From positions 119,166,001 to 119,230,000 of the forward strand of contig NC_087436.1 in assembly GCF_036321535.1 (NCBI RefSeq): a stretch of DNA of 64,000 nucleotides, read 5' to 3'. This document shows, piece after piece, positions 24,750 through 37,817 of this stretch. Every line of letters starts with the position of its first letter. Positions within the stretch are counted from its first letter, which is position 1. Under the pieces are notes generated by a model. It did no database searches, was not told the DNA's origin, and saw only the letters and a list, made by a program, of their open reading frames with translations. The position numbers were made by a program, and so were the translations under genes. Source of the DNA: Camelus dromedarius (lineage: Eukaryota).

Positions 24750-25169
24750 GTTCGATTACCCTTCCCCAGACCCGGGACTCCTTGTCTCCCTCCTTGGGCT
24801 GGGCTGGGTGTCTGAGCCCCGGTTCTGGGCTCCACCTTCCCCTCGCAGCGGGAGACTGTGACCAGTAAGTACGATGATTGGCTGGTGCCATACTCATGCC
24901 TGTGCCCTTGGGTGCAGGGCTCAGGGGTGTGGCTTCTAGACAAGATGGCCTGGCTATATCCCAGGTTCTAATTCCCAACCCTGTGACCCTTGGCAAGAGA
25001 TGGAACTACATAGAGCCTCAGGTTTCTCCTCTATAAAGTGAGTTTGATAAGGAGGTAAAACCTACCTCAAAGGGTTTATATGAAGATAAAATTGAGACAA
25101 TTATAATGGAGCACATTGAGTACAGTGTATGGTTACCTAGTAAATGCTCAGTGATGTTTAGAGGCTATC

Positions 25170-26170
25170 CTGCCATCACCCCACCCAACAAACCCTCCAC
25201 CAATACCACTGCCTCCAGCACCTCCAGCACATCACCATGATTACCACCGCCACCATCATCTGCATCACCTCCAGGGACACTACCACCTCCAACAGCACCA
25301 CCTAGTCTACCAACAACCACCACCACCCCCATGATTACTAACACCACCATCACCACCTCAACTTCCACATCCACACCAGCACACCACCACCATCACCACA
25401 TCAGCTCCAACACCACAGCCACCACCACCTCCGTCACCATCATCATCACCTCCAACACATCATTACTACTTCCACCAAAACAAGGACCACCACAGACACC
25501 ATCGCTATCACCGCCATCATCACCTCCAACACCATTGCCGCCACCACCACCACCACCACCACCACTTCAGCCACCATCACACCTCTACAACCTATCTACC
25601 ATGTAAACCACATCACCTTCAACATCATCTTCACCACCACTGACAACACCATCACTTTCTGCATCACCTTCACCATCAGCACCACCACCAACTCATCCAC
25701 TACCATCATCATTAACTCCACCACCAAAAGAGGGACCACCAACACCACCACTATCAGCCCCATCACCACAACCATCATTTCAACAACACCACCATCACCA
25801 ACATCAAAACTTCAATGCCAGATCTACCACCATCACCATAACCACCAACACCACCCACATCACCAGCGTCTAAAAAATTTCATCACCACCTCTACCATCC
25901 TCACCGCTATCATCACCACTACCACCACCATCACCATCCTCATTATCTCTGCCTCCACTGTAACTAGCAGAACTACCATCACCACCACAAACATGATCAC
26001 CTCCCTCACTTCCATCACTGCCACCTCCACCACCACTTCATCCATCACCACCAAAAACCCTACATAAACATCACAACCTACTGAAGGTCGACCACTATCA
26101 CCTCCACCATTACCAGCACCACCACCATCACCAACAGTATCATCAGCATCTCCACCTCACCATCACCAGG
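25170..26170. repeat. Degenerate (CAC/CAT)n tract in intron 3 (mirror of 905-1922)
   Basis: Continuous cac/cat triplets, 18 bp shorter than the left copy. Confidence 0.95.
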
Positions 26171-27329
26171 CACACTTGCACTCAGGGAACATTCCTCTCC
26201 ATTTCACAAATGTGTTTCAGAAGTGGCACTTCACCTACCCCTAAAGGCAGGATGGGGAGGTGGCATCATTGTTCTCAGTTCATTTTGCAAAAGGGATACT
26301 GAGACTGAGACCAAAAGAAGGACGAAGGGTCCACGGATGAGCCAGGAGTAACTCTTGAATGTGACTGAAGCTCTAGCCCCATTGTCACTCCACTGAACAG
26401 TAACCCCAGGTAACCCCTGGGTAAAGCATCAAGATAGCATTGGATGTTTTCTAAGGATCTTCTTTACATGAGCTCTCCTTTCACTCCTTAAATCTGTGGT
26501 CCCACCCTCATGTGAGTTTCTGCTGCCTTCTTTCTGGATGTAAGTGGGAACGTGATGGGAATCTTTAAGTTTCTTTATGTGAAATCCCCAGGCTGCTTAA
26601 TGCAGCTTCAGGACTCAGCTCCTGGCCTCCTCCCCATCCTTCTGCCTCCTGAGGCCCCTGATCTGCTTCAACAACAATGCCTCCTGTGCCTTCAGTCACC
26701 AGGTTCCTCTTGTTTATACCTGAGCATCTCATCTCAGACTCAGCTGAAGAGTCTCATGGTCCAGGAACCTTCCATTTGGACCCTCAGGACCTTATCACCT
26801 CCCCTGTTCACCCCAAAACTACAGGTCGTGTCTGGCAGTGACTGCAGTCTGATTCTTCTCTGGATCACTAAGGCTCAGCCCAACTTCTGGCAACACGAGT
26901 GCTGGTGGGCATGGCAGCGAGGGGGTGGGTGCTGTCCTACTCTGGCTCCGGGTGTCCACAGCGGAGACTATCCTGTGAAGGGCCTGCTGTCCTGGGTTAT
27001 TTCAGCCCGAGCTCTGGGCCATGTCCCTCAAACGCCTTCCCCCCAATACTATTAATGCCCTGTCTCCTTGGTTGTCACCCCGGTTCTACTTCTTGCTTGT
27101 TCTCTGTGACTCCTCCCCTGAAGTATGAAACCTTGCCTAACATTCTCCTGGGAAGGAGGGGAGCAGGCCTCCCCAGCTGAGGCAGCAACCACAATTCCTA
27201 TGTCCCCTTGTCCCTCTGTCACCCCGGCCACTGTATTCTGGCCCCGCCCTCCACTCACTAGCCAAGTAAATCTTGACCTGGTCGTTGTGCTCATTAGAAC
27301 ACTGGTTAAACTACTTTGACTGTGACCAA

Positions 27330-28320
27330 GTGACTGTGATCCAACAAAAGGGATGGTTCTTTCTCTCGTGGGGAAAATTCTGCAAGTGCAGCCTGTTCTG
27401 GGCCACTGGGTGGCTCTGCTCCACAGAGTAATCCAAGCATCCAAGCTGCTTCTCTTCGCTCTGCCATCTCATAGTGTGTCTCGCCCTCCTTGCATGACTG
27501 GAGGTGACTCACCCCAGTGAAATGTCATCCCAGCAGGAAAGGGGGAAAGAACGGTGGGAAGACAGCAGGCTGCATCTTTCCAAAGGTGACCTAGAAATTA
27601 CACTCATCACTTGTGCTCACATCCATGGACCGGAACCTGAGTACTTGGTATATTTTCCAAGAAAGGCTGGGAACACAGTCTCTAGCTAGAAGCTTATTAT
27701 CCTGCCAAAATTATAGGGAATGTCTGGTTCTGTTACTAAAAGGCAAGGGGAGAATGTATCTTGGGGGACAGTGGGCTGTTTCATTCATTAATCACCTGTT
27801 CATTTGGGTCTCAGGAATAATTTCTCCTGGAGTCCAGAAAACCTGAGAACAGTGACTTGAGTCTCTAGGATATTTACTATTTACTTACAAAGAAGGGAAA
27901 TGGTTTGTGGACTGATGCTGCAGCCCACTGATGTTTCTCACATTCTCATATCCTCTCCCATGTGATCACAGAATAGCTGCCACAGCTCCAGTCAGCATGA
28001 ACCTATTCTTTCACAGTCAAAGAAGGAAAAGGGCAGAATGTGGGCTTTCTTACTGACCTCGTCTTATCTAAGGTGGGAAATATTGCCCTGAAGCCCAAGC
28101 AGCCTTAACCCACACATCTATTTTCTCTGTAACCATACTCCATGACCACATCTAGTTTCCACAAAGACTGAGAGCAATATTCTGGCAGAGGGAAGTGAGC
28201 TTGCCATGACCACTAAGACCAGAGACAATTCATCCCTTGGGCCTCGGTCAGTGTCCCCTGAACAAAATGAAGATTCTGTGAGTGAGGAATTTGGGGTCAC
28301 TGAGTCAGCAGCCATCATGA
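27330..28320 (-). mobile_element. Old MaLR LTR fragments (MLT1I-L-like)
   Basis: ggtggctctgctccac...tcacttgtgctcacatcc...aaggctgggaa and gaatagctgccacagctcca motifs. Confidence 0.45.
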
Positions 28321-29124
28321 CTGCCCTCCTCTCGCCGCACATCTGCTGAGGGTGTGCCCTCCACAGCTTACTGACCCCCTCAGTGTGACCTACTGACCAT
28401 CCCCTCCCTCATCTCAGAGCCCTGGCCCCCAGCTCTTCCCCCTTCTCTCCAGCAGCTCCTTCTTGGTCTCCTCTGCTTCCCGCACTCCCTCTGCTGCTCC
28501 CACTGGTCCCCAAGGGCTCGGAGCCCCGCCCCAAGTCCAGCTGCCTGGTTCACCATCCTCACCTCCTCTGTGAACCAGACCCCGATCGGCCTCAGGCCCA
28601 CCCTGACCACCCAGCAGTCGCCTCATTTCTCACTGAAACTTGTTCATAGAACTGGGCATGTCTCTGTCCCAGAACCACGGAATCTTCTAGGTCCCAGCCG
28701 GCGTCCCAGCCTGGGGAGGTCATCAGTGGAAGGTAGTTCGAATTGACACCAGCTACTTGTGCTCTCTGAGTCTTTGTTTTCTCTCCTGAAAATGCAGGCG
28801 GTTGTCACCAGCTCTTGGGCCATTCAGAAGATTATATCTGGGGAAAACTGGCGAACTTTAATCAATGGCTTATCAAGTCTAGGGCTTTCTCTCTGCAGCC
28901 ATGTCCCTGACACCTCGCTCCTTGCTGTGGCTGGTAAATCATGAATGAATGAGTGAAAGGTCGGACTATTCTGGGACGGAGCCCCTGTATTAGCACCTGC
29001 TGCGGCAAGACCCTGCTTGCCCTGGAAGAGGGCACTGCAGCCCTGCAGAAGGGCAGGGGGCCCTGGGGGAGTCAGGGGGTGAGGGGCCACACTCCTGTCA
29101 CCAGCGAGGCTTATCTCTTTGCAG

Positions 29125-29297
29125 AAGGACACGGGTTTCTCTATGAAACATTTGGGGTCCGGCCTAGGTTCTCCTGGCAGGTCGACCCATTTGGAGCATC
29201 TGCCACGACCCCCACCCTGTTTGCCCTGGCGGGCTTCAATGCCCACGTCATCTCCCGGATCAACTATGACCTGAAGGAGGCCATGCAGCAGGACCAG
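29125..29297 (+). CDS. MAN2B2: MAN2B2 exon 4 (contains the catalytic nucleophile motif WQVDPFG)
   Basis: tttgcag| acceptor, 173 nt, donor CAG|gtgagt. Confidence 0.96.
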
Positions 29298-29807
29298 GTG
29301 AGTGGTGCCCCACATCTGCTGCTGCCGGCTCACCCCTGCTTCGTCCCCACTTTGTCCAGTGCATCTCAGAGCCCCTGCTCTTCTCCAGAGCACCTGGGAT
29401 CCTTGGGGGCCCCTTATGCCACTGGATGTCCAGGCCCATCATTGCGCTGCTGTGCCGTCCGCCGTGTGTGACTCTTTCCCTCCTGCGTGGCTGGACCTGG
29501 CTGAGCTGCAGCCCCGGCTTGGCGTCTCCTGCTCTGTGTCCCCTTCACCCTCCAGCCCTGGGGCTCGGAAGGGACCAGAGCAGACCTGCTCTCAGTAAAC
29601 CGTGCTGGGTGCAGAGAGGAGGAGGGCGGGGCTCAGGGCACCTGGGACACGGTCACTCTTCCAGGGTGAGCGCAGCTGTTAGGGACTAGATGGTGACACC
29701 AAACACCCACAGCAGACGCTGCCTTTTCCCCCTACCAAGTGCTGGGCCTGGTGGGAGCCGCCGGGCTCCTGGTGTCCTTTAATCCTGCCAGCACCCCTGG
29801 GACATGG

Positions 29808-30213
29808 TGCATTCGTTTCCTGGGGCCGCCGAGACACAGTGCCGCAAACTGGGGGCTTCGAGCAGCAGAGACGTGCTGCTCACAGGTCTGGAGGCCAGAA
29901 ACCCGAGATCAGCCCTGGACGGGGCCACGCGCCTCCTGAGGGTGTTTGGGAAGTGGGGTCTGGGCCTCTGTCTGCTTCTGGTGGCCTCAGGAGGCCTTGG
30001 CCTGGAGACAGCCGACGTCCCCCGTGTCCTGTCATCACCTTCCTCTGTGCTGTCTGGGTCGAACATTCTCCTTTAATAGGGACCCCAGTCATACGGGACC
30101 AGAGCCCACACTAAGGCCCTCATTTCACCTCAATTTACTCTCTAAAGACTTCATTTTAAAATGAGGTCACATGAGGTGGGAGTTAGGACTTCAGCGTGCC
30201 ATTCGCCCATAAT
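29808..30213 (-). mobile_element. MaLR LTR (MLT1A-D-like)
   Basis: cattcgtttcctggggccgcc...ctggaggccagaaacccgagatc...aggtcacat...gttaggacttca...cattcgcccataata. Confidence 0.75.
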
Positions 30214-30950
30214 AAACTTGCTGTAATTATCCTATTTTCCAGATGGGAAAATAAGACCCCAACATATGAATTCTGTCCGGGTCACCCTGGTATGAGTTTC
30301 TGGAGAGCAAAGGTAGCCTGGCCAGCGGGCCTTAGCAAAAGGGGCCTGGGCTCTAGGTGAGCAAGGGAAGCAAGCTTCTCTGTGCGCCCCCCGAGCGCCA
30401 CGCTGAACGTGCCCTCGCTCCCCGCGGCGGCGCGCCTCCCCTGCAGGGAACCCTGTGAGCTCGTGTGGCTCCCCCAGGGTTCACGTGCAGAGACTAAGTC
30501 ACAGAGGAGTCGGGGACCCGTGTGTGGAGCTGGAGCCGGTGCTCAGAGAAGCAGGATTTGATCCCTGCTTTGTAAGCCTAGCGCTTTCTAACCATCAGAC
30601 CTGAATAACGGACTGTACTCCCAGAGGGAGGTGATGAGCACCCCGTGTCGGGGGGGATTCAAGCAGAGGTAGAGAGAGCATGGCGGGCAGGCCCTGGCAG
30701 AGAGAGCCCTGCCCTGGGAGGGGTGGGGAGAGCAGGCTGGCACCTTCTGGAGGGCAAATTCCTGGGCCCTCTGTGGCTGTGGGAGGTCAGGGGGCACCTG
30801 GACGAGGAGGCAGCCGAGGGAGACCTTGTCCATGAACCACTGAGAGGGGAGCAGGGGGCGGGCAGCCAGAGACGCAGCGGGTGCTGGGGAGGGGGAGCGG
30901 GGCAGCGGGGTGGCCCCTCGGCCCTCACTCTGTTCCCTCTGGGTTTGCAG

Positions 30951-31039
30951 GGGCTGCAGTTCGTGTGGCGGGGGTCCCCGTCCCTGTCAGCGCAGCAGGA
31001 AATCTTCACACACGTCCTGGACACATATGGCTACTGCTC
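30951..31039 (+). CDS. MAN2B2: MAN2B2 exon 5 ([30 protein letters not shown])
   Basis: tttgcag| acceptor, 89 nt; donor TC|gtgagc gives the phase required by exon 6. Confidence 0.9.
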
Positions 31040-32267
31040 GTGAGCACCTGCCTTGGGCCAGGCCCTGTCCCAAGCTCTCCCCCGTGTCCCCTCCGCCATG
31101 TCTCTCATGGCCACCCCTGAGGGAGACACACTGGGCGCCACCTTACAGAAAGGGCAACTGAGGCCTAGAGCCCCAGCTCCAGTCCCGGGGTGCCAGCCGC
31201 GGGGCAGCAGCGCTGGGCTCGGGGACAGCTCCAAGCCCCGTGTCAGGGGGGCAGCCCGCCTGGGGGCTGTCTGGCTGGAGGGCCCTGGGTCAGTCCCACT
31301 CTGCCCCTTTGTACCTGTCAGGCCACGGACAGCGGGACCCCCTCCGTGAACAGGGGAGTCTGGCAGGCGGGGTGAAGGGGCAGCGGGGAGAAGAGGCCGG
31401 GACGCACGCCTGGGTCTGCCTGTCGGGCCCCGCTCTGTGCCAGGCACCGTTTCTCCCTGTTTTCCTTCAGTGATTTTCATTTACTCCTCCTAACTTTCTT
31501 CAGTACGTTTTACCATCATGAGACTAGGGTTCAGAGAGGTTCAAAGTCAGGTTCGAAGGTTCAGGTCACTCCTGAAGGCTGGCCAAGGGTCCCTCCGTGT
31601 CACTCGTGTGCTGCCCAGCATGAGGCACCGAAGACCCGACCTGGGGCTGCCCAGACCCCCGCGGCTCATTGCTGGGGTCAGTGCCTCCTGAGCCATGGTG
31701 AAGCCTGAGGATTGTCTGTCTTTATGTGAAAATTTGATCATGTGTTTGTCATGACGTTTTTGGAATTCCGTCTGGTTTTTAAAGTATTGTTAAAATACCA
31801 GCATGTTGACAACTGAGATTTTTGCACCCCTGAAAGTCTGTGCCCAAGGCCAGTGCCTGTCCCGCCTCACCCTCACCTAGCCCTGCTTAGGATCCCTGGA
31901 TCTGGATCGGTGGGCAGGGAGATGACAAGGAACTAGTGATCAAACGAATCCCACCATCCCTGTGGTGGACGTGGGAAGGGGGCCCACTGCTGTGGGCTCC
32001 ACACGTGGGATGACGAAATGCTGGCCCCGTGGGTGACGTGCCCAAGGTCACAATGGTGAAAGGATAAAACGTGGCACCTTCTGTGCCCAAAGCTCTCATC
32101 TGCCCAGCACTGTTCTGCCCACTGCACTGATGGGAGAGGAGGCCCTGAGTGAGGGTCCACAGGCTCAAGGTGCACTGTGGCCTCCCTGAGCCCTGCCTGT
32201 CCTCCCGGACCCCAGGAGACCCCCCTTGCCGGGGCGAGAACCCCCCTAAAATTCCTCTCTCTCTCAG

Positions 32268-32445
32268 TAAAGGGTTTTACTGGGACGGAGAAGCTGTCTT
32301 CCCAGACCCTCCCAAGGATGGAATGTACCCCTCGAAGGACACGCCTGTCACTAAGACCAACATTGAATCCTACACTATGGACATGCTGAACAACATGTTT
32401 GAACGGGCCGCCTTGTTCCGGACACCGCACGTCCTCTGGCCCTGG
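32268..32445 (+). CDS. MAN2B2: MAN2B2 exon 6 (KGFYWDGEAVFPDPP...FRTPHVLWPW)
   Basis: ctctcag| acceptor, 178 nt, donor TGG|gtaagg. Confidence 0.95.
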
Positions 32446-34149
32446 GTAAGGTGTGGTCCCAGGGCCTTGGTTCTGCAACTCTGCACGGGGACAGCTGTGA
32501 TGGGTCCCACCCTGCTCTAGGACCACCCTAGACTCGGGGTCCAGCTCTAACCAGGCCAGGCTCCCTCCAGGCAGCGGGTCAGGCAGCCATCCTAGCCCCG
32601 GCACAGTCCTCCTTCCCTGCAACCCCGAGCCCTCACCCTGCTACCAGCCCCTTTCCCTCCCTGGATCACCCCCACTCTCCCACTTGACATGCAGCCTCAC
32701 CGAAGCTGGCCTCCAGGTTCTAATCAGCTCTCGCCTGCTTTTCCCTTCACAATGCTGGGAGCAGAGGCCTGGACCCGAATCCTGCCTCCCTGTTCAATAG
32801 CTGTGAGACTTAGAACCTCTGAGCCTTCGTTTCCTCATCTGTAAAATGGGGATGATGACACGACCCGCTTCATGGGCTTGATTGGAATCAGGTGGGAGAG
32901 GCAGCCGCGGGGGACAGTGCCTGACACCAAGTCATCATTGTCGTCACAGTGAAAGTTTATGGAGCCCCCTCTGTGCACCAGGCACTGTTCTACGGGATGT
33001 ATGTGTCTCATACGTTTAATCCGCCCCAGGGGGCTAGGGGGTAGGCACTGTGGTAAACCATTGCAGATGCAGGGACTGAGAACCAGAGAGGTTAAGGAAT
33101 CTTCCTGAGGCCACACAGCTACTTAGAAGGGCAGCTAAGGAAAGCGGAATTTTGTGCAGATCCGGTCAGGGAAGCTTCATCACCATTATTTTATCTGTGG
33201 CTTGAGGCATAATTGAAAATATATATGGGCGACAAAGAAACGAAACATGAAATATCTAACTTCTCGGCAGTTCACGATGGAAGGTGATATTTGCCAGAGG
33301 AAACAAAGATTCCCACCTAAAAGGTCTCGGGTCCAGATCGCAAAGTGTCACAAACGACCTCCCGTTTCTGACGCACTAGGAGGACTGTCCAAGTGGGCTG
33401 CTACGGGTTCTGTAGGTTTGGGCTTGCCTGCTCAGTATGTTATCCTGGGGCCCCTGGCTTTGAGCACGGCTGCGGCCCCGTGAGACCCAGTCATAGCCTT
33501 CTCCACACTCTGACCACGGCCCTTGACTGGGAACCAGGCAGCTCCTCTGGGGCTGCTTCAGGCCTGAGCCCGGGGGTCTGTCCCCTGTGACCGGGAAGTT
33601 CAGTAGTTTAACCGTGCTATCTATGCTCGTCGGCTTTTGTGGTGAGCTCATAACAAAGTTCCCAAGAAAGATGATAAGAATACATCTTATGAATAATTTA
33701 TCCCTTTAGTCGGCCTGAGAGCCACTAGATTCTGAAGTTCCCATGGTAGCCGCTGGTAGGACTCAATGTGGCCGGCTGACCTGTCAAAACCTAAAGGGCC
33801 CTTTCTTCGTTCTTATCCTGTTCTGCCCATGAGAGTCAGGCAGACATCACCTCTGCAAAACATCTGTCGACCAGGATTGCAGGCTTTGGCATATGCGATC
33901 AGAGGTGACCGGGCGTTAGGTTGGGGGTCAAGATTTGGGGTACACATGCAATGCGTTTGAACAACTTTATTGAGGCCCATGATTTCATCTCAGTCAAAAT
34001 TAAGGCTGCCTCCTGTGAGCGCTGCCTCTTACGTATATTCTCACCATAATTATATTTTACGTATTTTTCCAAAAGCCAGCTTTCATCAAGACGGACACAG
34101 CGCCTGCGACTGTTTGGGGGAATTTTTTTCTGTGTGCTGCAGCTCTCTC

Positions 34150-37075
34150 TTTTTTTCATATTGACATATAACTAACATATAACATTATATTCGTTACAGA
34201 TATACAACCTAATGGTTCCTTGTGTGTATATATTGCAAAATGATCACCACAATGTGTCTAGTTGGCATCCATCAACACACACAGTTACAGAATTTTTTCT
34301 CGTGATGAAAACTTTTAAGACCTTCTCCTTTAGCAACTCTCAAACATACAATACAGTGTTACTAAGCAGAGTCACCGACCTGCACACTACATCCCCGTGA
34401 CTTCCTTATTTTATAGGTGGAAACTGTACATTTTGACCACCATCAGCCATTTTGCACACCAACGACCCCTCACCTCTGGCAGCCACCAATCTCTTCTCTC
34501 TATGCATGAGCTTATATTTCATGTTATTTCCATTTTTTTAAATTTTACATGTAATTGAGATCACATGGTATTCATCTTTCACTGTCTGACTTATTTCACC
34601 CAGCATAGTGCCCTCAAGTTTCATCCATGTTGTTGCAAATGGGAGAATTTCCTGCTTTGCATGGCTGAATAGCAATTTGTTGAATATATATACCACATTT
34701 TCTTTATCCTTTCATCCACTGAACACATAGGTTGACTCCATGTCTTGGCTGTTGTAAATAATGCTGCAGTGGACATGGGGCTGCAGACATCTTTTCAAGT
34801 TAGTGTTTTTGTTCTCTTGGATACATACACAAAAGTGGGGTTGCTGGAGCAGTCATATGGCAGCTCTATTTTTAATTTCTCTAGGAACCTTCACACTGTT
34901 TTCCATAGTGGCTGTATCAGCTTACACTCGGTCCAACAGTGCAGGGAAATTTCCTTTTCGCATCATCTGCACCAACACTTCCTTCTTGTCTCTTGACAAT
35001 AGCCATTCTGGTAGGTATGAGGTGGTATCCCACTGTGGGTTTGACTTGCATTTCCCTGATGCTTAGTGATGGTAAGCAACTTTTCCTTCCTGTGTCTGCT
35101 GGCATATCTATATCTTCTTTAGAAAAATGTCTGTTCAGGTCCTTTGCCCATTTTGAACCCAAGTTGCTTGTATTTTGACTACTGAATTGTATGAGTTCTT
35201 TACATATTTAGACATCAACTTTTTTCAAATTTATGATTTGCAAATATTTTCTCCTGTTTGGTAGACTGTCTCCTTATTTTGTTGAATTTTCTTTCTTGTG
35301 CAGAGGCTTTTATTTTGATACAGTTCCACTTGTTTGGTATTCCTTATGCTGCCATTGCATTTGGTGTCAAATCCAAAATATCATCATCATGACTGAAGAC
35401 CATGAGCTTACCATGAATGTTTTCTTCTGTAAGTTTTATAGTTTCAGGTGTTACATTCAAGGCTTTAACTCATTTGAGTTCATCTTTTCATGGTCATAGA
35501 GTTTCATTCTATTCATGAGGCTATCCAGTTTCCCTGACACCACTTGTTGTGGATAATGTCCCTTTCCAGTTTTATATTCTTGGCTGTAAAATAGCTACCA
35601 TATACCCATGACCTTTTTTCTGAACTCTCCGTTCTATTTCCCTGATCTGTGTGTCTGGTTTTTGCCAATACCAGATCCTTTGATTACTATAGCTTCAAGT
35701 CATATAGTTTGACATCCTGGTTATGATGCTTCCAGTGTTGTCTTCTTTGTGAAGATCACGTTGACTATTCAGGATCTTTTGTAGTTCCAACAAATTTTAG
35801 GATTAGTTGTTGTATTACTGCGAAAAATGTCATTGGAATTTTAACAGGGATTGCAATGAATCTGTAGGTTACTTTGGATAATGTGGACATTTTATCAATA
35901 TTAATTCTTTCATTCATGAGTACAGCATATTTTCCCACTTATTTGTGTCTTCTTCAACTTCTATAATCACTGTCATACTTTTCAGTGTATCGGTCTTTCC
36001 CTACTTGGTTAAATATATTCCTAGTATTTTAACTTTTTGATGCAATTACAAATGGGAGTGTTTTCTTCATTCTCTTTCTGATAACTATTCATGTATAGAA
36101 ATGCTAATCAACAGTGATTTGTGCTGTTTTCTTCATTCTCTTTCTAATAGTTATTCTGGTATAGAAACACTAATCAACAAATGATTATGTGTATTGATTT
36201 TTTTATCTTGTGACTTTGCTGAATTTATTAATTCTAAGCTTTACATAGAGTTTTCCATGTGTAATATCATTTTGGCTACCAATAGTGACAATTTTATTTC
36301 TTCTGTTCCAATTTCATGCCCTTTTTTTCCCTCTCTTAATTGCTATGGTCATGCTTTATAATATCACGCTAAATAAAAGGGCTAAGTGTGAGCATCCTTG
36401 TCTTTTTCCTGATCTTTGAGGAATAGATTCCAAGTTCTCATCATTAGTTATGATGTCAGAGGTGGGCTTATCACAGACGGCCTATATTATGTTGAGGTAC
36501 CTTCCCTTTATTTCCATTTGAATGAGAGTTTTTATCAACAATGGAGTTGAATTTTGGCAAATGCTTTTTCTGCATCTGTTGAGATGACCATATAATTTTT
36601 ATCTTCCATTTAGTTAATGCAGTGGATGTTGAACCATCCTTGCATTCCTGGAATAAATCCCATTTGATCATGGTGTAACATTGTTTTCTTTGTATTGTTG
36701 GATTTGTTCTGTTAATGGTTGTTGAAAATGTTGGAATTTCTCTTCAGCAGGGAAACTGACCTATAATTTTCTTTCTTGAGACTTACTTGTCTGATTCGGT
36801 GTCAAGGTAAAGTTGGCCTTTTAAAATTATATTGTAAGTGTTCCATCCTCTTCTTTTTTTTTTTTTTTTTTTTTTTTGAAAAGAGTGACTGAGAAAAATT
36901 GTATTAATTCCCCTTCAATGTTTGATAGAAATCACCAGCAAAAATGATCTTTTGTTTCTTGGGAAGTTTCTGAATATGGCTGTTTTTTTTACTAGTAATT
37001 CATCTGTTCACATTTTCTACTTATTCATGATTCAATGTTAATATATTATATATTTCAAGGAATTTATCAATTTTG
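34150..37075 (-). mobile_element. About 2.9-kb 5'-truncated, degraded L1 in intron 6 (3' UTR plus ORF2 remnant)
   Basis: Antisense ORF2 remnants (e.g. KWAKDLNRHFSKEDI) and an L1 3' UTR at the left end. Confidence 0.9.
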
Positions 37076-37618
37076 ACTCTGACTACTTTTTTGAGGATGA
37101 GATTTAGGTCAGTACATTTAAGCAAGCTATTCTCACTTTTATTCATAGTTATTATAGTATTATAATAAACATCATTATTAATTAGATATATCGATGGGCT
37201 TTAAGGAACGGTCAGGATGTGTAATCAATGAGACACAGAAAGTAAAAAGCTGTATGATCACAATTACATGTGATTTATTTTTTAAAGACTCAGGAAAAGA
37301 GGTCAGATTTATGGTTGCTGTAGGTGGGGTTGAGGGCATTGGAGAATGGGAGAAGATAGTGAAGAGGTACAAACTTGCAAATGTAAGAAACAAATACAGG
37401 GGATGTAATGTAAAACATTATAAAGAGAGAAACAGACAGACAAACATAAAGACAGAGAGAAATACCCACAAGATAGAGCCTGGGAGCTGGTTTGGGAGCT
37501 TGTTGCCCACCATGGAGAAGGGGAGGGTGGTTATTGGTGGTAGGGAGGCTCTTACCCTGCTTAGACTGGGCTCTGCTCCCAGAAATGCAGGGCGTTGCCC
37601 CTGTTCCCCCACCTACAG

Positions 37619-37817
37619 GGATGTGACAGGCAGTTCTTCAACGCCTCAGAGCAGTTTGTCAACATGGACCTTCTGTTGGACTATATCAACAGCCGCACAT
37701 CCCGCTTCAGTGTCTCGATAGAGTACGCCACACTGGGTGGCTACTTCCGAGCTGTATACTCACATAATGTTTCATGGCAAGTCCACAACCACCAAGACTT
37801 CCTGCCCTATTCCTCAG
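37619..37817 (+). CDS. MAN2B2: MAN2B2 exon 7 ([10 protein letters not shown]...DFLPYSS; acid/base Asp)
   Basis: ctacag| acceptor, 199 nt, donor CAG|gtatga. Confidence 0.95.

Larger units (their letters stand above)
18009..27073 (+). repeat. Right arm of large inverted duplication
   Basis: Reverse complement of 1-9083; first inner mismatch at 9084/18008. Confidence 0.98.

Noticed and set aside
31040..31043. In-frame TGA right after YGYCS suggesting a pseudogene
   Set aside because: It lies within a good donor (TC|GTGAGC) whose phase matches exon 6, so the spliced CDS is intact.
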